A stretch of 64,000 bases of DNA from Candidatus Woesearchaeota archaeon. Lineage in GTDB: Archaea > Nanobdellota > Nanobdellia > SCGC-AAA011-G17 > JACPIM01. The notes under the pieces were generated by a model, which worked only from the letters and a program-made list of their open reading frames with translations, was not told where the DNA came from and did not search any database. The stretch covers positions 54,477 through 118,476 of the forward strand of contig CAYWEX010000001.1 in assembly GCA_964457785.1 (NCBI GenBank), given 5' to 3'. Below are positions 48,266-57,061 of the stretch, in pieces. Each line of letters starts with the position of its first letter. The first letter of the stretch is position 1. Position numbers and translations under genes: made by a program.

Positions 48266-48388
48266 GGGCTCGTAGCTTAGTTTGGTAAACTTTAAAGTGA
48301 AACAAAACTTTGTTTGAGCAATTTGAGCACCTGGCTCTTAGCTTAGGAAGAAACCAGGAAGTCATGGGTTCAAATCCCATCGAGCCCG
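48266..48388 (+). tRNA. tRNA, tentatively Lys (CTT), with two introns (D-arm ~36 nt and anticodon-loop 12 nt)
   Basis: Acceptor gggctcg / cgagccc plus g. T-arm atggg-ttcaaat-cccat. D-stem gctt / gagc interrupted by 48289..48324. Anticodon stem cctgg / ccagg with loop ctCTTa, then a 12-nt insert, then a. The anticodon assignment depends on the intron parse. Confidence 0.55.
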
Positions 48389-48427
48389 TACAAACTTTTG
48401 TCTAAAAAGTTTGATCAAAAATTTAAA

Positions 48428-48961
48428 ATGAAAATAAATGTAGGATCAAAAAATAAGGTGAAAGTTGATGCTGTCAAGGAAACTATCCAGAGTTATAATT
48501 TTCTAAAAAATTTTGAAGTTAGTGGATTTGAAGTTCTTTCCAATGTTTCTGATCAGCCGAAAACTTTGGATGAAACTATTGAAGGTGCAAAAAACAGAGC
48601 AAAAAATGCATTTCTAAACTGTGATTTTAGTTTTGGTATTGAAAGTGGCTTGTTTAAAGTTCCTGGAACAAAAAGCGGTTACATGGATATTTGTGCATGC
48701 GCAATCTTTGATGGAAAGAATTTTCATATTGGGATGTCATCTGCTTTTGAATATCCAAAGAAAATGATGGAATTGATTTTGAAAAATAAGTTAGATGCAA
48801 GCAAAGCAATGTTCAAAGCAGGGTTTACTCAAAATCAAGATATAGGATCTGATATTGGAGCTATTGGATTTTTAACAAAAGGAAGATTAGTCAGAAAAGA
48901 ACTTACAAAACAAGCAATTGTAAATTCTTTGATACATTTAGAAAATCCAGAATTATATTAA
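48428..48961 (+). CDS. Non-canonical NTP pyrophosphatase (inosine/xanthosine triphosphatase, YjjX/Maf-Ham1-like)
   Basis: 'MKINVGSKNKVKVDAVKE...FGIESGL' pattern of the ITPase family. Confidence 0.55.
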   Translation: MKINVGSKNKVKVDAVKETIQSYNFLKNFEVSGFEVLSNVSDQPKTLDETIEGAKNRAKNAFLNCDFSFGIESGLFKVPGTKSGYMDICACAIFDGKNFHIGMSSAFEYPKKMMELILKNKLDASKAMFKAGFTQNQDIGSDIGAIGFLTKGRLVRKELTKQAIVNSLIHLENPELY

Positions 48962-49609
48962 TTATTTTTTTCTTGCTACAACATAAATCATCCATTTAAG
49001 AAAATGTGCTGGTGTTCTAGCATTACCTTCAATTTCTTTTGAAACTCTTTGGATATCGCCATTAAAAGCTTGAATTACAACAGACTCTAAATTTAATTTT
49101 TTTAAAAGTCTCTCCATTTCATCTTCAGTAAAAATAGCAACATCTAATTCTCTACCTACACCCAAAGAAAAATCTTCTTGTTTATAATAAGTAACATCTG
49201 TCCACCTATATTTTAATTCAGCATGAGAAACATTAAAATATAATCTATTTTTTGAAACTCTTTTCATTTCTTTCAGAGCTGTAATAATATCTGATCCTAA
49301 TGTACTTAGAATATCTATAGATACAACCATATCAAAAGAATTATCTCTGAATGGTAAATCAATTGCAGATGCAATTACTTTTTTATATTTACATGGTTTT
49401 GCTCTCCTTAACGCTTCATAAGATATATCTAAACCAACATAATTTTCGGCGCTTTGTGGAAAGGGTGAATCTTTTAAATCTCCACAACCAACTTCTAAAA
49501 TTGATTCTTGTTTAGGTGAAAAAGGAAGCTTTATGTAACTATCTCCAAAACCACATTCTGGTTTTATCCATTCAGTTTCCCATAATTCTTTCATTTCAAT
49601 TGTATTCAT
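48962..49609 (-). CDS. Class I SAM-dependent methyltransferase
   Basis: Motif I 'ILEVGCGDLKD' and 'LPFRDNSFDMVVSIDIL'. Tandem paralog of the next gene. Confidence 0.65.
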   Translation of the reverse strand: MNTIEMKELWETEWIKPECGFGDSYIKLPFSPKQESILEVGCGDLKDSPFPQSAENYVGLDISYEALRRAKPCKYKKVIASAIDLPFRDNSFDMVVSIDILSTLGSDIITALKEMKRVSKNRLYFNVSHAELKYRWTDVTYYKQEDFSLGVGRELDVAIFTEDEMERLLKKLNLESVVIQAFNGDIQRVSKEIEGNARTPAHFLKWMIYVVARKK

Positions 49610-50274
49610 TTTCTTGCATCAACAAAAATTCTAGAATTAACATTTGGAAATTCACAATCAAAAGAGCATACTGGAGATCCAACACCAAGATAAATAACAT
49701 CATACTCTGTAAGAACTTCAAGAGTTTCGATTTTTAATTCTAATTTTTTTAAAACACTTTCGATGTTTTCTTTAGTGAAGAAAGCTTTTTCTCCTGATGG
49801 CGAATGTTTAATTAGAAAATGATCTTCTTTTTTTATGAATTCTTTATCGGGATTATGTGCTTTTGCAATATCAATATGTGATAATGTAAAAACTAATTTG
49901 TCTTTTGAAACTCTTTTCATTTCTTGGAGAGCAGTATAAAAATCTGAACCGAGCAAAGTAATTGTTTCAATTGAAGTAACTAAATCAAAAGAGTTATCCT
50001 TGAAGGGTAAATGTGTTGCTGAAGCAACTACAACTGAAGCTGGTCTTTTTATATAAGTTAAAGCTTCTTTAGCTTTTTTTAAAGCATTATGAGAAATATC
50101 TATACCCACATAATAATCGCCATCTATACCATTATAACAAAGATCGCCACAACCAACTTCCAAAACTTTCCCAGATTTTTGCGAAAATAATTGATAGGCA
50201 TATCTAGTGCCTGCGCTATTCAAACTATCTTTATAAAATTCTTCCCAAAATTTTCTCTGTTCAGCCATAATCAT
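49606..50274 (-). CDS. Class I SAM-dependent methyltransferase (paralog)
   Basis: 'VLEVGCGDLCYNG' and 'LPFKDNSFDLVTSIETI'. Start taken at 'MIMAEQRKFWEEFY'. The track ORF extends N-terminally through low-complexity sequence. Confidence 0.6.
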   Translation of the reverse strand: MIMAEQRKFWEEFYKDSLNSAGTRYAYQLFSQKSGKVLEVGCGDLCYNGIDGDYYVGIDISHNALKKAKEALTYIKRPASVVVASATHLPFKDNSFDLVTSIETITLLGSDFYTALQEMKRVSKDKLVFTLSHIDIAKAHNPDKEFIKKEDHFLIKHSPSGEKAFFTKENIESVLKKLELKIETLEVLTEYDVIYLGVGSPVCSFDCEFPNVNSRIFVDARK

Positions 50275-50329
50275 CTTTTTTTGGCAAATAGAATTGTTTT
50301 TAAAGTTTATTATCTTGGTAAAATGTGAG

Positions 50330-50716
50330 ATGAAAACTAATTCTATACAAAATTTTGAAAAATTGGGAAAGGTGATATCTGTGATAAAAGATAAAGAAGA
50401 ATGGAAAGAAAAAATACAACAAACAGATAAAGTAATTATTGTTGAAGGCAAGAAAGATAAGGAAGCACTGAGTTCTTTAGGTGTAAAAAACATTGTTACT
50501 ATAAGTGGACCTTTATATAAAGTAGTTGAAGATGTAGCTGAAATTACTGATGAAGTTGTTATATTAACTGATTTTGACAGAGAAGGAAGAAAATTATATG
50601 GTTTTTTAAAAAATAATTTTCAAAGAAATGGCGTGAAAATTGACAGATATTTCAGAGAATTTTTAATGACAAATACAAAAATAAGTTGTATTGAAAGTAT
50701 AGAGAAAACTTTTTAA
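50330..50716 (+). CDS. small Toprim-domain protein
   Basis: 'VIIVEGKKDKEAL' (conserved Glu) and 'VVILTDFDREGRKL' (DxD). Start taken at 'MKTNSIQ'. Confidence 0.55.
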   Translation: MKTNSIQNFEKLGKVISVIKDKEEWKEKIQQTDKVIIVEGKKDKEALSSLGVKNIVTISGPLYKVVEDVAEITDEVVILTDFDREGRKLYGFLKNNFQRNGVKIDRYFREFLMTNTKISCIESIEKTF

Positions 50717-50758
50717 AAGCCTTTAGGGAAAAACAGAAAGAAAATATTTCAGCAAAAA

Positions 50759-51016
50759 TTAAGGATTATCTTCATTATTTGTTTTTTTCTTTTTTATTTT
50801 AAATGGGGTAACTTCTTTTAATGATAGCAAAATCTTTTCCATTTCTTCAATTCTTTCTTTGTGTTCTTTTAATACATTCTCATATTGATTATGCTTTGAT
50901 TTAACTTTAGAAAATGCCTGTTTAGTCTGGATCTTATGGTCCCTAAACTTCATCATTAAAATTTTAAATGCTTCACTTCTTGCTAAAAACCAGTCACCTA
51001 TTGGAATAATAATCAC
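50759..51016 (-). CDS. hypothetical small protein
   Basis: 85 aa, helical and charged. Confidence 0.3.
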   Translation of the reverse strand: MIIIPIGDWFLARSEAFKILMMKFRDHKIQTKQAFSKVKSKHNQYENVLKEHKERIEEMEKILLSLKEVTPFKIKKKKTNNEDNP

Positions 51017-51236
51017 CTCTTAATTAAGATATAAAATTGATTCTTTTATTTATAAATATTTCTTTAATTTTGTTACTGACTGAAAGAACAAAGGATATTT
51101 AAAGAAAAAAATACTAATTAAATTTAATCATATTCATGGGTTTCACAGCTCAGAGAAAAAGGGGGAGAATTGTTTCTGGGTTTTCTTATAGGGACTTAGC
51201 TCATTTTGCATTTTTAAAAAATTTCTGGGGTGATTT

Positions 51237-51878
51237 ATGACTCTCTATTTGGGAATTGATGAGAGCATTGTTAATTTAAGAAGCAGTAGCAGAAATGCAT
51301 TTATCTATGTTGGGACTTTTTCTGAATATGATTCTTTTGGTGAAGAAAATCAAAGAAAATCTAAAAAATTAAGACATGATAAAAATCTTTCTTCCTTGGA
51401 CCTTAATGGATTATTTGGGTTTTTATTTGGTATTTTTATTTTCGAGAAAAATAAACTCGATATCGGCATCCAACAGCTAATCAGCATTTATACTTTAATC
51501 AAAGAAGGAACTGATATTGTAAGGGAGAAATTTTCTTTAAAAGATGAAAAAATAGATATTGATATTGATGGAAGTGATAGTTTTTCTATTGGTGGAAACC
51601 TAAATGAATTACTTTTAAAAAAATATGGATACGGGATTAAATTAAATTTTATACCACAAGGAGATCAAAAAGTCAGAGTTATTCATTTTGCTGATGCTAT
51701 TGCTTATATTCTTAGAGAATTAGATGGTTTTGAAAAAAATAAACCAGAAGTTATAGATAAAAATTTAAAAGAAAAGGGATTAGCAACTTTAGTGAGAGAT
51801 GATAATCCAAGAATTAAAAGAATTATTCCCTATCATTTAGGATATTCACCAGAAGTTTTAGAGAAGAAAGTTGCCTGA
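51237..51878 (+). CDS. hypothetical protein, possibly RNase-H-like fold
   Basis: 'MTLYLGIDES' N-terminus and 'IHFADAIAYIL'. Very tentative. Confidence 0.3.
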   Translation: MTLYLGIDESIVNLRSSSRNAFIYVGTFSEYDSFGEENQRKSKKLRHDKNLSSLDLNGLFGFLFGIFIFEKNKLDIGIQQLISIYTLIKEGTDIVREKFSLKDEKIDIDIDGSDSFSIGGNLNELLLKKYGYGIKLNFIPQGDQKVRVIHFADAIAYILRELDGFEKNKPEVIDKNLKEKGLATLVRDDNPRIKRIIPYHLGYSPEVLEKKVA

Positions 51879-52335
51879 AAACATATTTATGAGATTGATA
51901 AAGAAAGAACCTATAGAACCGTTATATCTAGCTTATTTAGCAACACAAAGTTCGGCCCAACATAATGACAATATAAACTGGAGTATAGCAGTTTCATTTT
52001 GGGTATTAATTTCTGCTTTACTGGCTTTTGTTAGTTTAAATTTTTTTCAAAATAAAATAGATATTTTAATTTTATTGGCTTCTTTAATTGGTAGTGTTCT
52101 GTGTTTTGTTGCTTTAAAATATTCTATTAAATATAATGAGAGAATAAACAAAAAATATGAGCTTCTTAAAGAGATAGAAGGGAAAATTGAAGAAAAAACT
52201 AATTGTGAGTTTTTTAAACAACACAGGATAATTCAAAAAAGGAAAAGAAAAATTACAGATTATCAAATTATTTGTTGTGTTGGAATTTTGTATTTTGCTT
52301 TGGTTTTTCTTATGAGCATATTTTATTATTTTTGA
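51871..52335 (+). CDS. hypothetical membrane protein
   Basis: 154 aa, 3-4 TM. Confidence 0.35.
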   Translation: MPENIFMRLIKKEPIEPLYLAYLATQSSAQHNDNINWSIAVSFWVLISALLAFVSLNFFQNKIDILILLASLIGSVLCFVALKYSIKYNERINKKYELLKEIEGKIEEKTNCEFFKQHRIIQKRKRKITDYQIICCVGILYFALVFLMSIFYYF

Positions 52336-52448
52336 TTAAATGTTTTGATCTATTTAAAGATTATAAGTTTTAATCTTTGTTTAGAATTTATTAGCTAAGT
52401 ATATGATTAAATGTTTTGAGCAAAGATTAAATTTTACTATTTGTAAAT

Positions 52449-52940
52449 TTAGTATACTCTTTTAACAAAATCTTGAGTTAGTGGAATGTGAACTGATTGG
52501 GCTTCAGAGTAATCTCCAGCAGTATAACCTCTGAATTTAACACCTATTACTTGCAAGAAATATTCTTCTGGCGCTAATTCTTTCTTTTTCATATCAAATA
52601 TTACTCCTCTAACAGAGATTGGGGTGTTGGTTTCTGATGATGCCTTTAACATACTAACTAGTTTACTTGTTTCCTTTTGGTTCTTAAAGGCTCTATTGCT
52701 TACCTCAAATTTTTCACTTTCACTTAACTCTTTCCGTTCCTTATTAGTAAAATAAAAATCTGGATTCCATTCAAATAATAAAAAATTTCCAGAATCTTGT
52801 AAAAACCCAGAAACTGAATATTCAGATGCAAAACGGTTTCTGGCAATACCCCTTGCAATGCCATTTACTTCTACCCTTTTTCCATGAAGATCGTGTTTCT
52901 CATTAATATTTAAAATATCTAACTTTTCGTAATTTTCCAT
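52449..52940 (-). CDS. hypothetical protein
   Basis: 163 aa. No recognisable motif. Confidence 0.35.
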   Translation of the reverse strand: MENYEKLDILNINEKHDLHGKRVEVNGIARGIARNRFASEYSVSGFLQDSGNFLLFEWNPDFYFTNKERKELSESEKFEVSNRAFKNQKETSKLVSMLKASSETNTPISVRGVIFDMKKKELAPEEYFLQVIGVKFRGYTAGDYSEAQSVHIPLTQDFVKRVY

Positions 52941-53079
52941 GTCTATTAAGTTAAACGTCTAATTTATATTCCTTTCTAATACGCGTAAAATACATTTATA
53001 GGCCTTATAGAGGCATTTCGTAAAGGTTATATATAACATTGGACTATAGAGATAGTTTAGTCCCGAATGAGATACTAGC

Positions 53080-53931
53080 ATGAAAAAAGAGGAAATTTCT
53101 AAATTTGAAGCTTTTCTTAGAAAGTTTACTAAAAAAAGTGGGAAGAAATTGGGTGAGAGAACTATTGTTGGAATTTTGATATTATCTAAATTTATTGAAC
53201 TAACAAAAGAAAATGAATCTTTAGAAAGTTTGATTTCAAAACATAAAGATTATTTAGAATCTAAAAACCATCCAATAGCAAGATATAGTTTGTGGCTTTA
53301 TTTAAAATCTTTAAATTACTCTGAAAAAATAATAAAAGAAGTGGTTAGTTTTCGAAAAAGAAATTTAACAGCACTAACTGATGAAGAAAAATTAGCCGCT
53401 TCTGTTTTATCTAAAAAAGAATTAATTTTTTTAGTCAATTCTATTACTAATCTCCGAAATAAAGTTCTTGTAAAAATGCTCTATGATAGTGGGGCAAGAA
53501 TATCTGAGATTCTTAATTTGACATTGAAAGATATTGATTTTGAGGCTGGCGAAATAAGTGTAATGGGAAAAGGTAGAAAACCCAGAACTAGTTTTATGCA
53601 AAAAAGTACTATTGACTTATTAAAACTTTTAATCAAAAGCAAAAATATAGTTTCTCCAAATTCTTTAATTTTTACAATAAAACCAAAAACAGCTTGGTAT
53701 CATTTAAAGAAATATGGGGAAAAATTCCTAAATAGAGACTTACACCCACATATGTTCCGACACAGCCGCTTACAACATCTCGCAGACAATGGTGTAGATG
53801 CTTTTGAAATTAAAGCTCTTGCAGGGCATTCTACAATTTCCATAACAGAAACTTATGTTAAATCTTCAAAGTATCAAGGAAAATTAGCTTTTCAAAAAGG
53901 TGGTGATATATGGGAGGAAAATCATGATTAA
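53080..53931 (+). CDS. Tyrosine site-specific recombinase (XerA-like / integrase)
   Basis: R-H-R-Y catalytic set: 'DSGARISEIL', 'HPHMFRHSRLQHL', 'LAGHSTISITETYV'. Confidence 0.8.
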   Translation: MKKEEISKFEAFLRKFTKKSGKKLGERTIVGILILSKFIELTKENESLESLISKHKDYLESKNHPIARYSLWLYLKSLNYSEKIIKEVVSFRKRNLTALTDEEKLAASVLSKKELIFLVNSITNLRNKVLVKMLYDSGARISEILNLTLKDIDFEAGEISVMGKGRKPRTSFMQKSTIDLLKLLIKSKNIVSPNSLIFTIKPKTAWYHLKKYGEKFLNRDLHPHMFRHSRLQHLADNGVDAFEIKALAGHSTISITETYVKSSKYQGKLAFQKGGDIWEENHD

Positions 53932-53955
53932 AAATTTTGCTTTAAAATTAAAACT

Positions 53956-54360
53956 TTATGAAGGAAAAATTTCATAAATACCCCTTCCAGGAAGTCTTTT
54001 TCGAAAACCAGATTTACTTTTTTTAACATCAGATTTCAAAATATTAAGATTAATCCAAGGATCCATCCAAACTTTTCCAGAAAATACTAAAAAATGACCT
54101 ACTGGATATTTTTTAGATCTTTTAATAAAAACAATAGTATTCTTTTTGAATCTTTTTCTATTTTTCACATATTTATAATCATATTTTTTACCTGCTTTTT
54201 TTAAGGCTTCTACAATATCTTTACAATAAAATCCATTTTTATTTGCATCTCCGAGTCCTTTAAAATATTTTTTCTTGGCTGTGCTGTAATTTGTTTTACA
54301 AATAAAAGCTACACAGGCTATACTGCATCCCAAGTTGTCTTCCTGCCTTATGGTTTTCAT
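53956..54360 (-). CDS. hypothetical basic protein, possible Cys/His papain-like (C39-type) peptidase fold
   Basis: 'DNLGCSIACVAFI' and 'GHFLVFSGKVWMDPW'. Speculative. Confidence 0.25.
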   Translation of the reverse strand: MKTIRQEDNLGCSIACVAFICKTNYSTAKKKYFKGLGDANKNGFYCKDIVEALKKAGKKYDYKYVKNRKRFKKNTIVFIKRSKKYPVGHFLVFSGKVWMDPWINLNILKSDVKKSKSGFRKRLPGRGIYEIFPS

Positions 54361-54391
54361 TATTATTCAAATAATTCAAGAATTATTAAAC

Positions 54392-55018
54392 CTAATGCTT
54401 CTTTAATATATCCAAAAGCTTCTTTCTCTTGGCTTTATCATAGAAAACAAGGCCTTTTTCTGTTGTAGAAATGAATATTTGACGACCCTTTCTGGTTTTT
54501 TTGACTAATCCATGTTCATTTAATAAATTAACATAATCAGAAATCATAGATCTAACATCGTTATAGGTTTTTTCAGGATATAATTCCTCAGCCAAATGCT
54601 TCATAGCTACCCTTCTTTGATTAGATTCTATCTGTAATAGACCTAGTCTCATGAACAAATTCTGCTGAATATTTGTTAAATCCTCCCATTTAATGGTTGG
54701 ATTGTTTATAGGAATATCAGTATTGATAACTTGTTGTTCAATAGTTTCTTTTTTACTAGACTTTTCTTTTGGCGATTCTTCAACAGAGTCTAATTCTTTT
54801 AGATTTCTTATTATATTCTCCAAATAGTGGACTCTTTCTTTTAAGTGATTTATCTTATCATCATGAGAAAAAACTACATTATTTACTTTGTGAATATCTT
54901 TTTTAATATTAAAGAAAGAATTTTTTAGATTCTCTTCCATAGTTTTCATTCTACTAAATAAATGAATATCATGAGAACTACTAGTTTCCCTCTTTTTATT
55001 TGAAAATAACCACCACAT
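54392..55018 (-). CDS. coiled-coil plus C-terminal winged-helix regulator
   Basis: C-terminal 'NIQQNLFMRLGLLQIESNQRRVAMKHLAEELYPEKTYNDVRSMISDYVNLLNEHGLVKK' (MarR/TrmB-like wHTH). Confidence 0.45.
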   Translation of the reverse strand: MWWLFSNKKRETSSSHDIHLFSRMKTMEENLKNSFFNIKKDIHKVNNVVFSHDDKINHLKERVHYLENIIRNLKELDSVEESPKEKSSKKETIEQQVINTDIPINNPTIKWEDLTNIQQNLFMRLGLLQIESNQRRVAMKHLAEELYPEKTYNDVRSMISDYVNLLNEHGLVKKTRKGRQIFISTTEKGLVFYDKAKRKKLLDILKKH

Positions 55019-55065
55019 TGGTTAAATTTAATAGAATTTTTTTGTTTAAATAAATTTCTGTTATT

Positions 55066-55128
55066 ATGACGCGTCACTGGAAGTTCCTATGACGTCAGTG
55101 ACGCGTCACTGACGTCAGTGACGTCTCG
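55066..55128. repeat. GC-rich array of palindromes: 3 copies of TGACGTC(A) and 2 copies of TGACGCGTCA
   Basis: 'tgacgcgtcactggaagttcctatgacgtcagtgacgcgtcactgacgtcagtgacgtc', flanked by 'ttattat' direct repeats. About 60% GC in an AT-rich intergenic region. Confidence 0.7.
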
Positions 55129-55249
55129 TTTTATTATTATGAAGTAATTATTTGAAAATTTTTATTCAAAATTAATGATTAATTAAAAAAATTATGTAAA
55201 TCGAGAAACAAAAATAGAATGAAAAATTAAAAGAAACTAGAGAGTTTAG

Positions 55250-55930
55250 CTATGTGAGAGTTGTTTGTATTGGATCAGATCGAGAAAATAGATTAACTAA
55301 ACGACCCTTAAGATTCAAAGATCTGAAAGAATTATCAATTAGGAGGAGAGTGAGTTTATTATTAAGACGGATTTTTTGCAAGGGAACTGCCTTTTTTAGC
55401 ATTTGTGAGACATAAGTTCTAATACAACCTTCTGATAGAGATAAGTGTCGTGAGAGTTCAAGATAAGAAACTCCCCTATTTAGATCTTCTTCAAGTTGAT
55501 AAATAGTTAAAAAACATAGAAATTCTCCTTTTGTGAGAGTTAAAAATAAAGAATCAATATCTTTTAAGTTAGATAATGACCATTCTTTAGAAATTTGTTG
55601 AGATTGTTTAGCTAGGTGAGAGTTTATTTGCGTATCTGTTTGTTTGCTTGTCTGTTGAATGTCTGTTGAATGTCTGTTGAATGAATGCATATGTGAATGA
55701 ATGAATGAATGAATGTCTGCATAGACCCCTTGATTTCCTGTGGAACTTATTTCCTGTGGAACTTCTTCGTTTGTTGATGGTTTTGAATCTAATTTTTGTT
55801 CAGAATTTTCTTTTTTTGTCAGTTCTTTAATAAGGCTTTTAACCTCATTTAATTGGCTTTTTAGGGTTTCTATGTCTTCTTTTACTTTTAAGAAAGATTG
55901 TTTTATTTTCTCTTTTTCATCTATGTCCAT
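55250..55930 (-). CDS. coiled-coil plus C-terminal winged-helix regulator, with internal His-rich tandem repeats
   Basis: wHTH 'GEFLCFLTIYQLEEDLNRGVSYLELSRHLSLSEGCIRTYVSQMLKK'. The CDS contains (GAAT)n and 11-nt tandem repeats at 55621..55725. Confidence 0.45.
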   Translation of the reverse strand: MDIDEKEKIKQSFLKVKEDIETLKSQLNEVKSLIKELTKKENSEQKLDSKPSTNEEVPQEISSTGNQGVYADIHSFIHSHMHSFNRHSTDIQQTSKQTDTQINSHLAKQSQQISKEWSLSNLKDIDSLFLTLTKGEFLCFLTIYQLEEDLNRGVSYLELSRHLSLSEGCIRTYVSQMLKKAVPLQKIRLNNKLTLLLIDNSFRSLNLKGRLVNLFSRSDPIQTTLT

Positions 55931-56023
55931 AAGAAGTTGTATTTCTGGAAAATTTATATTGATTATGTCAGTTAACTGACTATGTTTATGTGTTTAGAAT
56001 GTGCATAAGATGTGCATGAATGT

Positions 56024-56521
56024 TTAGAATAATTTTAATTTATTAAAAACTTCTAGATATTGTTCTTTATCTGGTTTTATACCTGCATCTAAAAGCAGCC
56101 TAATCAGGATTTTACTTGATTCTTTTTTGTTTTTTAAGTTATGTTTAAAATTTAGTAATTTCTTTAATGTATAAGAACAAAGAAAACCTTGGTTTAAGCC
56201 TATACAGACTGAATTCTTATTAGATTTATTTAAAACCTCCCTTTTATTTAAATTCACTATAATGTCATTTGGATGTATGAATAGGTTTTTTTGTTCTTTA
56301 AAATTATGTGATAACAGTTCTTTTTTTAACAAAGAAATCAGAATATTTTTATGTTTTGGCAAAATTATGTTTGTTTGTTTAGATTCTAATTTATAATATC
56401 TTCCCAAATATAGGGAAACTTTTTGTTTTGGAAGATTTTTTTTCCAGGTATTATGTACTAAATAAGCATAGAAATTTTCTTTTGTCTTTGTAGTTCTTTT
56501 TTTTAATCTGATAAATGTCAT
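56024..56521 (-). CDS. hypothetical lysine-rich protein
   Basis: 165 aa, basic. Confidence 0.35.
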   Translation of the reverse strand: MTFIRLKKRTTKTKENFYAYLVHNTWKKNLPKQKVSLYLGRYYKLESKQTNIILPKHKNILISLLKKELLSHNFKEQKNLFIHPNDIIVNLNKREVLNKSNKNSVCIGLNQGFLCSYTLKKLLNFKHNLKNKKESSKILIRLLLDAGIKPDKEQYLEVFNKLKLF

Positions 56522-56599
56522 AATGTATTGGGCACTATGAAAGTATATATATTTTACGACAATTTAACAGAATTTTAATAAAACTTTTTTTGAAAGTTT

Positions 56600-57040
56600 T
56601 TAACCAATATAGCTTTCTGGACTAGATTTTGGATTTACTGTTGGGAGAGGTAAATGCGGCGGAAGATTAACTTCTTGTGATAAAGATAATGCTTTAATTG
56701 TCCCTTTTACTAGCACAGCATTTACTAAAGCAGAAGTAATATTTTGTGGTATTTTTTTATCTTTTTTCCAAGATTTAAAAATATCCTTAATTACTTCTGG
56801 CTCATCAAGATAATAAATAAAACCAATTAGTTCAACTTCTCCAACTTCCGGCTCATATTTTAAAGAAAATTTAAAATCAAATTTTAAACCATCTGATTTT
56901 GCTTTTCCTGTTGGAAGCTTTTCCTCTTGCACATTTGTAATTAGAACATCATTCTTTATTTGAATGTTTGTAGGTTGGTTGTCTGCTTTTTCTTTCTTTT
57001 CTACATGTACTTTATTAAAATTGAATCCGACTATTGGCAT
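56600..57040 (-). CDS. hypothetical protein
   Basis: 146 aa. Confidence 0.35.
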   Translation of the reverse strand: MPIVGFNFNKVHVEKKEKADNQPTNIQIKNDVLITNVQEEKLPTGKAKSDGLKFDFKFSLKYEPEVGEVELIGFIYYLDEPEVIKDIFKSWKKDKKIPQNITSALVNAVLVKGTIKALSLSQEVNLPPHLPLPTVNPKSSPESYIG

Positions 57041-57061
57041 GGGTTTTAATAAAAATAGTGG

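Noticed and set aside
51017-51236. Possible structured ncRNA ('gggtttcacagctcagag...gggacttagctcat') in an intergenic region
   Set aside because: It is slightly GC-enriched, but I could not find a convincing C/D-box, H/ACA, SRP or RNase P arrangement by eye. It would need covariance-model searches.
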